Source: a virus
Reading direction: 5' to 3' (one strand)
Length of the DNA: 64,000 bases
IMG/VR virus record: IMGVR_UViG_3300045988_122441
Shown here: in pieces, positions 53,958-62,568 of the stretch
How positions within the stretch are numbered: the stretch's first letter is position 1
Layout of the letters: the number at the start of each line of letters is the position of its first letter
The notes under the pieces: model-generated
Databases searched by the model: none
What the model saw: the letters and a program-made list of their open reading frames with translations, nothing else
What the model was told of the DNA's origin: nothing
Translations under genes and position numbers: made by a program

Positions 53958-54306
53958 TGATAGCGGAGAGCGTATCTCATACGGAGATGGTATGGCTATC
54001 AGGGAACCGTCAACAGGAAAGGGAAGATATGATTTGGTATCTCCATTTGCTATGAGACGACTTGCTCAGCATTACGAGAATGGCGCTCAGAAATACGCTG
54101 ATAGAAACTGGGAAAAAGGAATGCCATTTTCAAGATATGTTGATTCAGCAAAGCGTCACTTAGACAAATACATAATGGGTATGACAGACGAAGATCATTT
54201 AGCTGCTGCTGCATGGAACATTTTTGCAATCATGCATCATCAGGAGCTTGGACAGACGGAGTTGGATGATATGCCACATTATGATTGTAAATATGAACAT
54301 GAATAA
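53935..54306 (+). CDS. All-alpha NTP pyrophosphohydrolase-like protein (dATP/dGTP diphosphohydrolase N-terminal-like)
   Basis: RYDLVSPFAMRRLAQHYENGAQKYADRNWEKG...AKRHL...DEDHLAAAAWN matches my recollection of the phage dNTP-PPase family pattern. The assignment is unverified. Confidence 0.45.
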   Translation: MEEQTRLDDSGERISYGDGMAIREPSTGKGRYDLVSPFAMRRLAQHYENGAQKYADRNWEKGMPFSRYVDSAKRHLDKYIMGMTDEDHLAAAAWNIFAIMHHQELGQTELDDMPHYDCKYEHE

Positions 54307-54316
54307 GGAGAAAAAT

Positions 54317-54958
54317 ATGCAGAGAAAAGAAACAAACTATTACGACATCGATGTTGATATTGACGAAACACTCTTAAAAATGGGTCTGGTAGATGACATC
54401 TTCTACGTGAGAGACCTTAAACAGAGAAAGCTGTTTCTGACAGCTAATGTAGATCAGTTCTCCATAGGCGATATCACAAAACATATCATGCAGTACAACG
54501 CAGAGGATAAGGGAGTTCCGGTAGAACAGCGACAGCCGATTCTTCTGTACGTGGCGTCCAATGGGGGGGATGTCGATGCCGGTTTCGAGCTGATCGATGC
54601 CATCCTTGCAAGCAAAACGCCTGTTTACACTATCAATCTGGGCTACCAGTACAGCATGGGATTCTTAATTGGACTGGCAGGTCATAAGAGATACGCTACA
54701 CAGAATGCGAAATTCCTTATGCATGATGGTTCAAATCTCATCTGGAATTCTGGAACAAAAGCACAGGATCAGATGGAATTCCAGAAACGTGTAGAGCAGA
54801 GAATCAAACAGTATGTAATTGCACATAGCAACGTCACAAGTGAAGAGTATGACAGCAAATTACGTGTTGAATGGTATCTGTTTGCTGACGAAGCGAAGGA
54901 GAAAGGATTCTGTGACCACATCTTAGGTGTGGATTGCGATATGGATGAAATTGTGTAG
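54317..54958 (+). CDS. clpP: ClpP-family serine protease
   Basis: ILLYVASNGGDVDAGFELIDAI, GYQYSMGFLI (catalytic Ser context) and the KFLMHDGS (His) blocks. Confidence 0.75.
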   Translation: MQRKETNYYDIDVDIDETLLKMGLVDDIFYVRDLKQRKLFLTANVDQFSIGDITKHIMQYNAEDKGVPVEQRQPILLYVASNGGDVDAGFELIDAILASKTPVYTINLGYQYSMGFLIGLAGHKRYATQNAKFLMHDGSNLIWNSGTKAQDQMEFQKRVEQRIKQYVIAHSNVTSEEYDSKLRVEWYLFADEAKEKGFCDHILGVDCDMDEIV

Positions 54959-54970
54959 GAGGCTTGACAT

Positions 54971-55801
54971 ATGGACAAGGAATATCTTGGATTTAAGGAA
55001 CTCGTGATTACAGGGGAAGAGGCTAATGACCTCTTCAACCCTGAGTCTGAGAATACGTTCGGATGCCTGCAGAACGAATATTTGATTGCATCTGACGAAC
55101 ATGGAAGCGCCATCGGCAAATTCAAATGCGATGGACATAAAGTTGTGAAGATTCCGTATAAGGCTATCGAAACAAGATTCGCAGGAAAAGTAAAGCCTAG
55201 AAATCCGCAACAGGAACTTGCTATTGATATGCTTTATGACGAGAACACAACAGTCAAAATTATTGCAGGAAAGTTTGGCACTGGTAAGGACTTCTTAATG
55301 TGCTCTGCGGCAATCGATCTGCTTGAACATGATAAATTTGAAAAGATTGTGTATGTCAGAAACAATATCGAAGTGAAAAATTCTAAGCCAATCGGTCATT
55401 TACCGGGTTCTTATAATGAAAAACTCTTACCATTTGCGATGCCTTTAGCCGACCATCTGGGAGGAGTAGACGGTCTGGAACTGATGATTGGTCACGGAAA
55501 GATTGAAATCGTTCACTTAGGATTTATCAGAGGTAGAGACATTAAGAACTCAATCATTATTTGTTCCGAAGCAGAGAACATGACAAAGGAGCATATACAG
55601 TTACTTCTCGGAAGAGTCGGAGAGGGTTCCTCATTATGGATCAACGGAGATTTTAAACAGTGTGATGCAGATGTATTCAGAGAGAATAGCGGTCTGATGA
55701 TTGCTGTTGATAAGCTGAAAGGTCATCCAAGATTCGGATATGTGAAGCTTCTCAAGACAGAGCGAAGTGAAACTGCTGCTATGGCAGATTTGCTTGATTA
55801 G
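54971..55801 (+). CDS. phoH: PhoH-like ATPase
   Basis: PRNPQQELAIDML, Walker A AGKFGTGKDFL, and the IRGRD block typical of PhoH. Confidence 0.85.
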   Translation: MDKEYLGFKELVITGEEANDLFNPESENTFGCLQNEYLIASDEHGSAIGKFKCDGHKVVKIPYKAIETRFAGKVKPRNPQQELAIDMLYDENTTVKIIAGKFGTGKDFLMCSAAIDLLEHDKFEKIVYVRNNIEVKNSKPIGHLPGSYNEKLLPFAMPLADHLGGVDGLELMIGHGKIEIVHLGFIRGRDIKNSIIICSEAENMTKEHIQLLLGRVGEGSSLWINGDFKQCDADVFRENSGLMIAVDKLKGHPRFGYVKLLKTERSETAAMADLLD

Positions 55802-55812
55802 GAGGTAACTGA

Positions 55813-58035
55813 ATGATTGTAATGAAGAGAGATGGTCGAGAAGACCAATATACAAAAACAAAGATACATACGGCGATTTGTAAAGCGATCGTCGAAGTCA
55901 ACGGAGCAGGGGATACTTCCCTTGCTACCGTTATCACAAACCGTCTGGACTCAAGATATCGTAAGAGAAAGAGAACAATTTCTGTGGAAGAAATCCAGGA
56001 TGATATCGAAACAGAACTGATGAAAGAGCAGGCGTTTGAAGTAGCTAAAGCGTATGTGAGATACAGATACAAACACGAAATGAAGCGTAACGGCAATGGG
56101 ATTGACAGAAAAATTCTCACAATCGTAGATGGTGTAAATGAGGAAGTAATACAGGAAAACTCCAATAAGAATCCAACAATCTTATCTACCCAGAGAGATT
56201 ATATCGCAGGAGAAATCAGTAAGGATATCACAAGAAACACATTGCTTCCAAAAGACATTCAGCACGCTCATGACGAAGGGATTATCCATTTCCATGATTC
56301 GGATTATTTCGTACAAAGAATGCATAACTGTTGCCTTGTAAACCTCGGAGATATGCTTCAGAACGGTACAGTAATATCTGATACGCTGATTGAAAAACCA
56401 CACAGCTTTTCTACTGCTTGTAATGTCGCCACTCAGGTTGTAGCACAGATTGCTTCAAATCAGTATGGTGGTCAGAGTATTTCGTTATCACATCTTGCGC
56501 CTTTCGTAGATGTAAGTAGAAGAAAAATTCGTAAGGATGTAGAGGAAGAAATTGCAGCTTGCAACGGAGACGTAAACAGTATCAATTCTATTGTAGAAAA
56601 GAGACTGAGAGAGGAAATCAAGCGTGGCGTACAGACAATTCAGTACCAGGTACTGACATTGATGACAACGAATGGTCAGACCCCATTTATCACTGTCTTT
56701 ATGTATCTTGGAGAAGTAGAAGATGAACGAACCAAAGCTGATTTGGCAATGATCATTGAAGAGGTTGTACGCCAGAGATATCAAGGTGTTAAGAATGAAA
56801 AAGGCGCGTGGATTACTCCTGCATTCCCGAAACTGATTTATGTCCTTGAGGAAGACAACATTCGTGAAGATAGCGAATACTTCTATCTGACAAAATTATG
56901 TGCAAAGTGTTCTGTGAAACGTCTTGTACCGGATTATATCTCTGAAAAGATGATGTTGCAGAATAAGATTGATGCGAATGGCGATGGTCATTGTTTCCCA
57001 TGTATGGGATGCAGAAGCTTCCTGACTCCTTATCTTGATGAGAACAGAAAGCCTAAATATTACGGAAGATTCAATCAGGGTGTTGTTACAATTAATCTTC
57101 CAGATGTAGGACTTTCTGCTGTGAAAAAGATGGAGGGAATCACTTACGTTAATGACGAGCAATATCAGAAACGTAAGGAAGAAATTTTCTGGGAAATCTT
57201 TGAAGAGAGATTGGAGCTGTGCCATAGAGCACTGCGTCTTCGCCACGAAAGATTGCTCGGAACACTGTCGGATGCTTCTCCAATCCATTGGCAGAATGGT
57301 GGACTTGCAAGATTAAAGAAAGGTGAGACCATCGATAAGCTCCTATATGGTGGCTATTCCACGTTATCTCTCGGATATGCCGGATTGTATGAATGTGTTA
57401 AGGCAATGACCGGAAAGAGTCATACAGACGACGAAGCAAAACCGTTTGCACTTGCTATTATGCAGAAGATGAATGATAAATGTGCAGAGTGGAAAGCAGC
57501 AGAAAACATTGATTATTCATTATATGGGACTCCGATTGAGTCTACTACATATAAGTTTGCTAAATGCCTCCAGAAGCGTTTTGGAGTGATTGAAGGAATC
57601 ACGGATAGAAACTACATCACAAATAGTTACCATGTTCATGTGACAGAAAAAATCAATGCATTTGACAAACTCAGATTTGAATCAGAATTTCAGCTGTTAA
57701 GTCCTGGAGGAGCTATTTCATACATTGAAACTGCGAATCTGAGCAATAATGTCGAAGCGGCAATAAAGGTTATCCAGTACATCTACGACCACATCATGTA
57801 TGCAGAATTGAACACGAAGTCTGATTTCTGTCAGGAGTGTGGATATGATGGAGAAATCCAGATCGTAGAGAACGAGGATGGAAAATATATCTGGGAATGC
57901 CCGAATTGCGGAAATAGAGACAGAGCTAAGATGAATATCGCAAGAAGAACATGCGGTTATATCGGAGTTAATGACTTCAATCAGGGACGTACACAGGAAA
58001 TCAAAGAAAGATATGTGCATTTAGGCGGTGAATAA
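55813..58035 (+). CDS. nrdD: Anaerobic ribonucleoside-triphosphate reductase
   Basis: N-terminal ATP-cone (VMKRDGREDQYTKTKI), C-terminal zinc ribbon CQECG...CPNCG, and glycyl-radical motif ARRTCGYIG. Confidence 0.95.
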   Translation: MIVMKRDGREDQYTKTKIHTAICKAIVEVNGAGDTSLATVITNRLDSRYRKRKRTISVEEIQDDIETELMKEQAFEVAKAYVRYRYKHEMKRNGNGIDRKILTIVDGVNEEVIQENSNKNPTILSTQRDYIAGEISKDITRNTLLPKDIQHAHDEGIIHFHDSDYFVQRMHNCCLVNLGDMLQNGTVISDTLIEKPHSFSTACNVATQVVAQIASNQYGGQSISLSHLAPFVDVSRRKIRKDVEEEIAACNGDVNSINSIVEKRLREEIKRGVQTIQYQVLTLMTTNGQTPFITVFMYLGEVEDERTKADLAMIIEEVVRQRYQGVKNEKGAWITPAFPKLIYVLEEDNIREDSEYFYLTKLCAKCSVKRLVPDYISEKMMLQNKIDANGDGHCFPCMGCRSFLTPYLDENRKPKYYGRFNQGVVTINLPDVGLSAVKKMEGITYVNDEQYQKRKEEIFWEIFEERLELCHRALRLRHERLLGTLSDASPIHWQNGGLARLKKGETIDKLLYGGYSTLSLGYAGLYECVKAMTGKSHTDDEAKPFALAIMQKMNDKCAEWKAAENIDYSLYGTPIESTTYKFAKCLQKRFGVIEGITDRNYITNSYHVHVTEKINAFDKLRFESEFQLLSPGGAISYIETANLSNNVEAAIKVIQYIYDHIMYAELNTKSDFCQECGYDGEIQIVENEDGKYIWECPNCGNRDRAKMNIARRTCGYIGVNDFNQGRTQEIKERYVHLGGE

Positions 58036-58037
58036 AG

Positions 58038-58550
58038 ATGTATTACGGCAAGATAAGAGATTGTGATATTGCGAATGGAAAAGGTGTGAGAGTGAGCTTG
58101 TTTGTATCTGGATGCAGAAATCATTGTAAGAACTGCTTTCAGCCAGAAACATGGAATTTTGATTACGGAACTCCATATACAGAAGAAACCGAAGAGTACA
58201 TTATCCAGTTATTATCAAAGCCGTATATTCAAGGTCTGACAATACTCGGAGGGGAGCCGTTTGAGCCAGAAAATCAACGTGGTTTAATACGACTCCTCAA
58301 AAGAGTCAAATCTGATTGTCCAGAAAAAGATATATGGTGCTATACCGGATATACTCTTGAACAAGCATTAACAGATGGAGCTTCTTGCAGATGTGAGGTT
58401 ACAGATACATTCCTTTCAATGATAGATACATTGGTAGATGGACGATTTGTAGAGAAATTAAAAGACATCTCTTTAGAGTTTAGAGGCTCTTCAAATCAGC
58501 GAATAATTAGCATGAAAGAATGGAGAGAGCAGCATGAGCAGAAAGAATGA
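58038..58550 (+). CDS. nrdG: Anaerobic RNR activating enzyme (radical SAM)
   Basis: SGCRNHCKNCF gives the CxxxCxxC cluster. GGEP motif. Adjacent to nrdD. Confidence 0.9.
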   Translation: MYYGKIRDCDIANGKGVRVSLFVSGCRNHCKNCFQPETWNFDYGTPYTEETEEYIIQLLSKPYIQGLTILGGEPFEPENQRGLIRLLKRVKSDCPEKDIWCYTGYTLEQALTDGASCRCEVTDTFLSMIDTLVDGRFVEKLKDISLEFRGSSNQRIISMKEWREQHEQKE

Positions 58551-58761
58551 ACTGAAAAGATCAATCGCATGGCATAGCATTAAATATGTTTTGACAGCAA
58601 TATTTATGGTGCTTAATCTTCTCGGAATACTGCATTGGTATTGGGTGTGGATATTTTTCCCGATCCTGTTATCGCTGGGGATAAAGATACTGATATTAGT
58701 TGTACTTAGTTTCTTTGTTTGCGTATTACCGAGATGGACTGAGAGGTGGACGGAAGAATGA
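58534..58761 (+). CDS. Small membrane protein (2 TM)
   Basis: Hydrophobic segments VLTAIFMVLNLLGILHWYWVWIFFPILLSLGIKILILVVLSFFV. Confidence 0.5.
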   Translation: MSRKNELKRSIAWHSIKYVLTAIFMVLNLLGILHWYWVWIFFPILLSLGIKILILVVLSFFVCVLPRWTERWTEE

Positions 58762-59186
58762 GAAGATTATTTATTATGAGAAAAGATTTACATATGTCTA
58801 CAGGAAAACTGCTTGCACAGGTAATGCACTGTGCCGAAGCATACTGGACTTCAAAGATTCGTAAGGGTAATTTATACCGAACAAACGATGGACAGTATAT
58901 GGCGCAAATGACAATGCCTGTTGAAGTGTATACAGACTATGTATGCGGATCATTCACAAAGACAGTGTGTGAGGCAAAGAATAAGAACCAGTTGCTTAAA
59001 GCAAAAGCCATTGCAGATGAGTTGGGTCTTGTGGAAGACATTGATTATGGGTGTATTTATGATAACTGCCTTACAGAGCTTGAGCCAGAAGAAGATAACG
59101 GCACAACACTTACTGGCATTTGGTTTTGTCCGTTAGATGATGAGATTGCTCACAAGATCAGTAAAAAATATCAATTATATAAATAG
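58758..59186 (+). CDS. Peptidyl-tRNA hydrolase, PTH2 family
   Basis: LFIMRKDLHMSTGKLLAQVMHCAEA matches the PTH2 N-terminal pattern (vvR.DL.M..GK.aAQ..HA). Confidence 0.6.
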   Translation: MRRLFIMRKDLHMSTGKLLAQVMHCAEAYWTSKIRKGNLYRTNDGQYMAQMTMPVEVYTDYVCGSFTKTVCEAKNKNQLLKAKAIADELGLVEDIDYGCIYDNCLTELEPEEDNGTTLTGIWFCPLDDEIAHKISKKYQLYK

Positions 59187-59197
59187 GAGAGAAAATA

Positions 59198-59653
59198 ATG
59201 ACAACAGTAAATATGAATGTAAAGAAATTAAATAATGATTCCATCGTACCTACAAAAGGCTCTGAATATGCGGCAGGACTTGATTTATACGCATATATCG
59301 AATCCGGTGCGGTTGATATCCCGGCAGGATCGACAGTAAAAATCGGAACAGGTGTTGCAGCAGAAATTCCAGTAGGATGTTTTGGCGGTGTATTTGCGAG
59401 AAGCGGACTTGCTACAAAACGAGGATTAAGACCATCTAACTGTGTAGGTGTAGTTGATTCTGATTATCGTGGAGAAATCATCGTTGCCGTACATAATGAT
59501 TCGGATAAGTGCGAAACAATTCATCATGGAGATCGTATTGCTCAGTTGGTTATCATGCCGTACATTAGTGTTAGCCTACAGGAAGTTGAAGAGTTATCTG
59601 ATACGGAACGTGGAGCTGGCGGGTTTGGTAGCACAGGAGTTTCGCTGTCATAA
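59198..59653 (+). CDS. dut: dUTP diphosphatase
   Basis: AAGLDLYA, ARSGLA, GVVDSDYRGEI, GDRIAQL and C-terminal RGAGGFGSTG. Confidence 0.95.
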   Translation: MTTVNMNVKKLNNDSIVPTKGSEYAAGLDLYAYIESGAVDIPAGSTVKIGTGVAAEIPVGCFGGVFARSGLATKRGLRPSNCVGVVDSDYRGEIIVAVHNDSDKCETIHHGDRIAQLVIMPYISVSLQEVEELSDTERGAGGFGSTGVSLS

Positions 59654-59658
59654 TGCAA

Positions 59659-59688
59659 AGAGGTGGGCGTAAGCCTGCCTCTATTTTA
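59659..59688 (+). terminator. Rho-independent terminator (GNRA-like gtaa loop)
   Basis: 10-bp stem agaggtgggc/gcctgcctct, loop gtaa, then atttta. It is homologous to the hairpin at 61583-61604. Confidence 0.65.
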
Positions 59689-59706
59689 TAAGGAGATATT
59701 ATACAT

Positions 59707-59895
59707 ATGGAGAAAATATTGATGAGCCTCAAAGAGGTATGTGAGTACACAGGGTGGGGAGAAACAAAGGTCAGAGAGATACTGAAAAGACCTAATAGTA
59801 CGTTTACAGTGATACTTGGAAATAGACTGTATGTTAATAAGAAGAAATTCGATGAATACTTAGATAGATGCGCGAAATACCATATCCCTGTGTAA
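59707..59895 (+). CDS. xis: Excisionase-type helix-turn-helix DNA-binding protein
   Basis: LMSLKEVCEYTGWGETKVREILKRP is a MerR/excisionase-like HTH. It lies immediately upstream of the integrase. Confidence 0.6.
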   Translation: MEKILMSLKEVCEYTGWGETKVREILKRPNSTFTVILGNRLYVNKKKFDEYLDRCAKYHIPV

Positions 59896-59927
59896 AAGTT
59901 TGCAGTTGTATTTTTGCGTAAAATAGT

Positions 59928-59944
59928 GTAATGTATATGTGTAA
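59928..59944. repeat. Left copy of 17-bp perfect inverted repeat (gtaatgtatatgtgtaa)
   Basis: Exact reverse complement of 61566-61582. Confidence 0.8.
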
Positions 59945-59981
59945 GTTGATGCTGTAGTCAATATAGAAAGGAATATTGATT

Positions 59982-61178
59982 ATGGGAAGAGACTTAAATG
60001 GTAAAGAACTGGGCAGAGGATTTAGTCAGAGAAAGGACGGTAGATACGAAGCCAGAGCCGTTATATGCGGCACAAAAATAGATATTTATGACATGAATCT
60101 AGCAAAGCTGAAAAAGGAATTTGAAGCTGAGAAAGCTAGAGTGTTACGAGACGAAAAGAATGTAAGACCTAACGTCACGTTTGGAGAGTGGTATCAGGAA
60201 TGGTTTGAAAAGTGTAAATCACCTCAGTTAAAATCTGATGTAAGCAGAAAGACGTATGACAGAAAAGTAAGAAATACCTACTGTAAAATTCTCGGAGAGA
60301 AACGAATGGAAAATATCTCTCAGATGAATATGCAGGCTGCTACAACAGAGTTGATTGAGAAAGGATATACAGACCGTTCTGTAAGAGAAGCTCTCGGAAT
60401 TGTGAACGAATGTATGGAGATTGCTATTGTAAACCACATCATCAATGTAAATCCATGCGTAGGAATTAAAATCCAGAATGCAAACGAGCGTAAAGAAAGA
60501 AGAGTTATGAAGCAGTGGGAACAGGACTTATTCTTGAACGAGGTCAAGGATAGATATTACTACGAAGCGTACAAGATTCTTCTTCTAACTGGAATGAGAA
60601 TCGGAGAGTTCTCTGGGTTGCAATGGCGAGATGTTGACTTCGAGAATAAAGTCATCAATATTAATAGATCCATGCAGACCGCATATATTGACGGAAGAAA
60701 GATCGAGGAACTTACTACACCGAAAACAGCCAACTCATACAGAGCAATCCCGTTCTTTGGAGAAACAGAAGCTTGTTTGAAGAGCTGGAAGAAGAAGCAG
60801 GACGAGTATAAGAAACGTCTGGGTGACAGATGGAGAGCAAGACCTGAGTTAGGCGATCTTGTTTTTACAAGCACTGTAGGCTCGCCTGTGACTCGATATG
60901 TCATTGTACATGACATAGACAAAGTAGTCCAGAACATCAATCTCAAAGAGATGACAAAGGCATTCAGAGAGCACAGAGAGCCAGTGATGTTTGAACACTT
61001 ACATCCACATGCTTTTCGCCACACATTTGCAACACGTTGTTTTGAAAAAGGGCTTGACCCATTGTTTGTACAGAGTATAATGGGACATGCCAATTATGCA
61101 ACTACGGTGTCATATACACATATATTAGACGATTTGCGTCAGAAAGAGGTGCAGAAGGTTGGTAACTTCTTAGAGTAA
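59982..61178 (+). CDS. int: Tyrosine integrase
   Basis: LLLTGMRIGEFSGLQWRDVDF (R box), HPHAFRHTFATR (H-x-x-R), SIMGHANYATTVSYTH (H...Y), N-terminal arm-binding/SAM-like region. Confidence 0.9.
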   Translation: MGRDLNGKELGRGFSQRKDGRYEARAVICGTKIDIYDMNLAKLKKEFEAEKARVLRDEKNVRPNVTFGEWYQEWFEKCKSPQLKSDVSRKTYDRKVRNTYCKILGEKRMENISQMNMQAATTELIEKGYTDRSVREALGIVNECMEIAIVNHIINVNPCVGIKIQNANERKERRVMKQWEQDLFLNEVKDRYYYEAYKILLLTGMRIGEFSGLQWRDVDFENKVININRSMQTAYIDGRKIEELTTPKTANSYRAIPFFGETEACLKSWKKKQDEYKKRLGDRWRARPELGDLVFTSTVGSPVTRYVIVHDIDKVVQNINLKEMTKAFREHREPVMFEHLHPHAFRHTFATRCFEKGLDPLFVQSIMGHANYATTVSYTHILDDLRQKEVQKVGNFLE

Positions 61179-61565
61179 GAGAGTTGCGTAAACCTTACAT
61201 TGCGTCGAGATTGAAGAATCCGCGATACAGTAAGCTCGAAAAGAGTTGCGTAAAAGTTGCGTAGATAGCAGAATTTAATCTCCGTAAGCCCTTGAAATAC
61301 AAGGAGTTAAGAAAATACTTCGCAATTCAGATGGGAATGTAAGTACCTCAGCAAACTAAATCGTATAAGCCTTATAATTACTTGAAATTCAATGACTTGC
61401 AGAAGGCTTGTGTCTAATATGTGGTTTGAGTAACTATCATAAAGTATCGTATTTTAAGGAAAAATATCATATGGTTTTGCGTCAAAGTTGAGTAGCGAAT
61501 TGCGTAAGATAAATTTTGATTATCTTCAGCGAAGTTTACGCAAAATGATGGGTTACAGTATCAAT
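61179..61565. promoter_or_regulatory. Candidate attP region with clustered arm-type repeats (TTGCGTAAA-like)
   Basis: gagttgcgtaaac (61185), attgcgtcgag (61199), gagttgcgtaaaagttgcgtaga (61244), tttgcgtcaaag (61477), aattgcgtaaga (61499) and the inverted tttacgcaaaa (61535), plus tttttgcgtaaaa at 59911 upstream of int. No ORF with an RBS. Confidence 0.55.
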
Positions 61566-61582
61566 TTACACATATACATTAC
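61566..61582. repeat. Right copy of 17-bp perfect inverted repeat (ttacacatatacattac)
   Basis: Exact reverse complement of 59928-59944. It abuts the hairpin at 61583. Confidence 0.8.
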
Positions 61583-61612
61583 GGGGTGGGTGAAAGCCTG
61601 CCCCTTTCTTTT
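61583..61612 (+). terminator. Rho-independent terminator (GNRA loop gaaa)
   Basis: Stem ggggtgggt/gcctgcccc, loop gaaa, then tttcttttt. Confidence 0.65.
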
Positions 61613-61623
61613 TGAGAAAAAGA

Positions 61624-61654
61624 AGGCAGACTGGTAAATCAAACCAGTCTGCCT
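61624..61654. terminator. Bidirectional terminator hairpin between convergent + and - strand modules
   Basis: aggcagactgg / ccagtctgcct (11 bp), flanked by A-run (5') and T-rich (3') sequence. Confidence 0.65.
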
Positions 61655-61687
61655 ATATTTATATACACACTCACAATTTGTTACATA

Positions 61688-61978
61688 TTACTTTTCTGCT
61701 CTTAACAGCGTCACGTCGATATCGGAAGTATCGGTATCAGCGTCTGTGTTAGTGTATGCAGTAGCGTCAATCGTATAGTCAACGACTCTTACGATAATGA
61801 AGTCGCTTTTAGCATACCCCTCTTCATTGAGCATCTTTTCAACTCTTTTATCCAAAGCTTCTTTGGAACCGAGTTCAAGCGGAATTACCTCACCGTCAAT
61901 ATTTGTTGTCAAATATTTATACAGCGTTTCGTAGTTATCACGCTTAGCCTGAGCAATCATAATTCTATACATTCTCAA
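61688..61978 (-). CDS. Hypothetical protein (96 aa), last gene of the minus-strand lysis cassette
   Basis: ORF with RBS aggaggtg (on the - strand) upstream. Confidence 0.55.
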   Translation of the reverse strand: MRMYRIMIAQAKRDNYETLYKYLTTNIDGEVIPLELGSKEALDKRVEKMLNEEGYAKSDFIIVRVVDYTIDATAYTNTDADTDTSDIDVTLLRAEK

Positions 61979-61989
61979 GCACCTCCTGT

Positions 61990-62517
61990 TTAATGCTTTG
62001 TCTTAGCTTTTGCGTTCTTCACGTATGTAGCAGTACCGTCAAATTTGTGCTTATACTGTTCCGGCGGCTGTTTCGGCAATGCACGTATTTCGTCCATAAG
62101 ACCTTCCACGAATGAGTTGCCATGCTCATGCTGATAGATTAAGAATCTACGCTCTAAGCATTCCATAGAGTAGTCATCAATCCAGCCCTGCTCATATACA
62201 AAGAAATGATGACGTTCTGTTACATAAGCTTTGATACTTTCCTTGTCAGACTCAATCAGCATAGTAATACTATCATTGATCTTGTCTACAGAATCATTTG
62301 TATCTTCCTTAGCTTCCTTCAGCTCGTCTACATCTTCTTTAATCGTGTCAATCTCTTCTCGTTCGTCATGGTCTTTATCATAGTATTTGCGGACACGATC
62401 ACAAGCCCAGTCGATAAAAGACACTACTCCCTTAACAGCAAGACACAGAATTACTGTGTACATGATAATATCTGTGGGAGAATAGTTTGTAAGTAATTTT
62501 TCCATATTTCCCTCCAA
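61990..62517 (-). CDS. Membrane-anchored protein downstream of the endolysin (holin-like candidate)
   Basis: N-terminal TM IIMYTVILCLAVKGVVSFI followed by a charged coiled region. It is adjacent to the endolysin. RBS ggaggga. Confidence 0.45.
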   Translation of the reverse strand: MEGNMEKLLTNYSPTDIIMYTVILCLAVKGVVSFIDWACDRVRKYYDKDHDEREEIDTIKEDVDELKEAKEDTNDSVDKINDSITMLIESDKESIKAYVTERHHFFVYEQGWIDDYSMECLERRFLIYQHEHGNSFVEGLMDEIRALPKQPPEQYKHKFDGTATYVKNAKAKTKH

Positions 62518-62568
62518 AAGTTACATGCCGGAAATATGCAAGGGCGGAATGACCCGCCCGAACATAGA

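Noticed and set aside
60560-61093. 177-aa minus-strand ORF, together with other long antisense ORFs such as 23449-23907, 36908-37333 and 55779-56165.
   Set aside because: Each lies fully within and antisense to a well-supported, motif-bearing plus-strand gene (integrase, P-type ATPase, Thg1-like, NrdD). They lack an RBS and are typical shadow ORFs.
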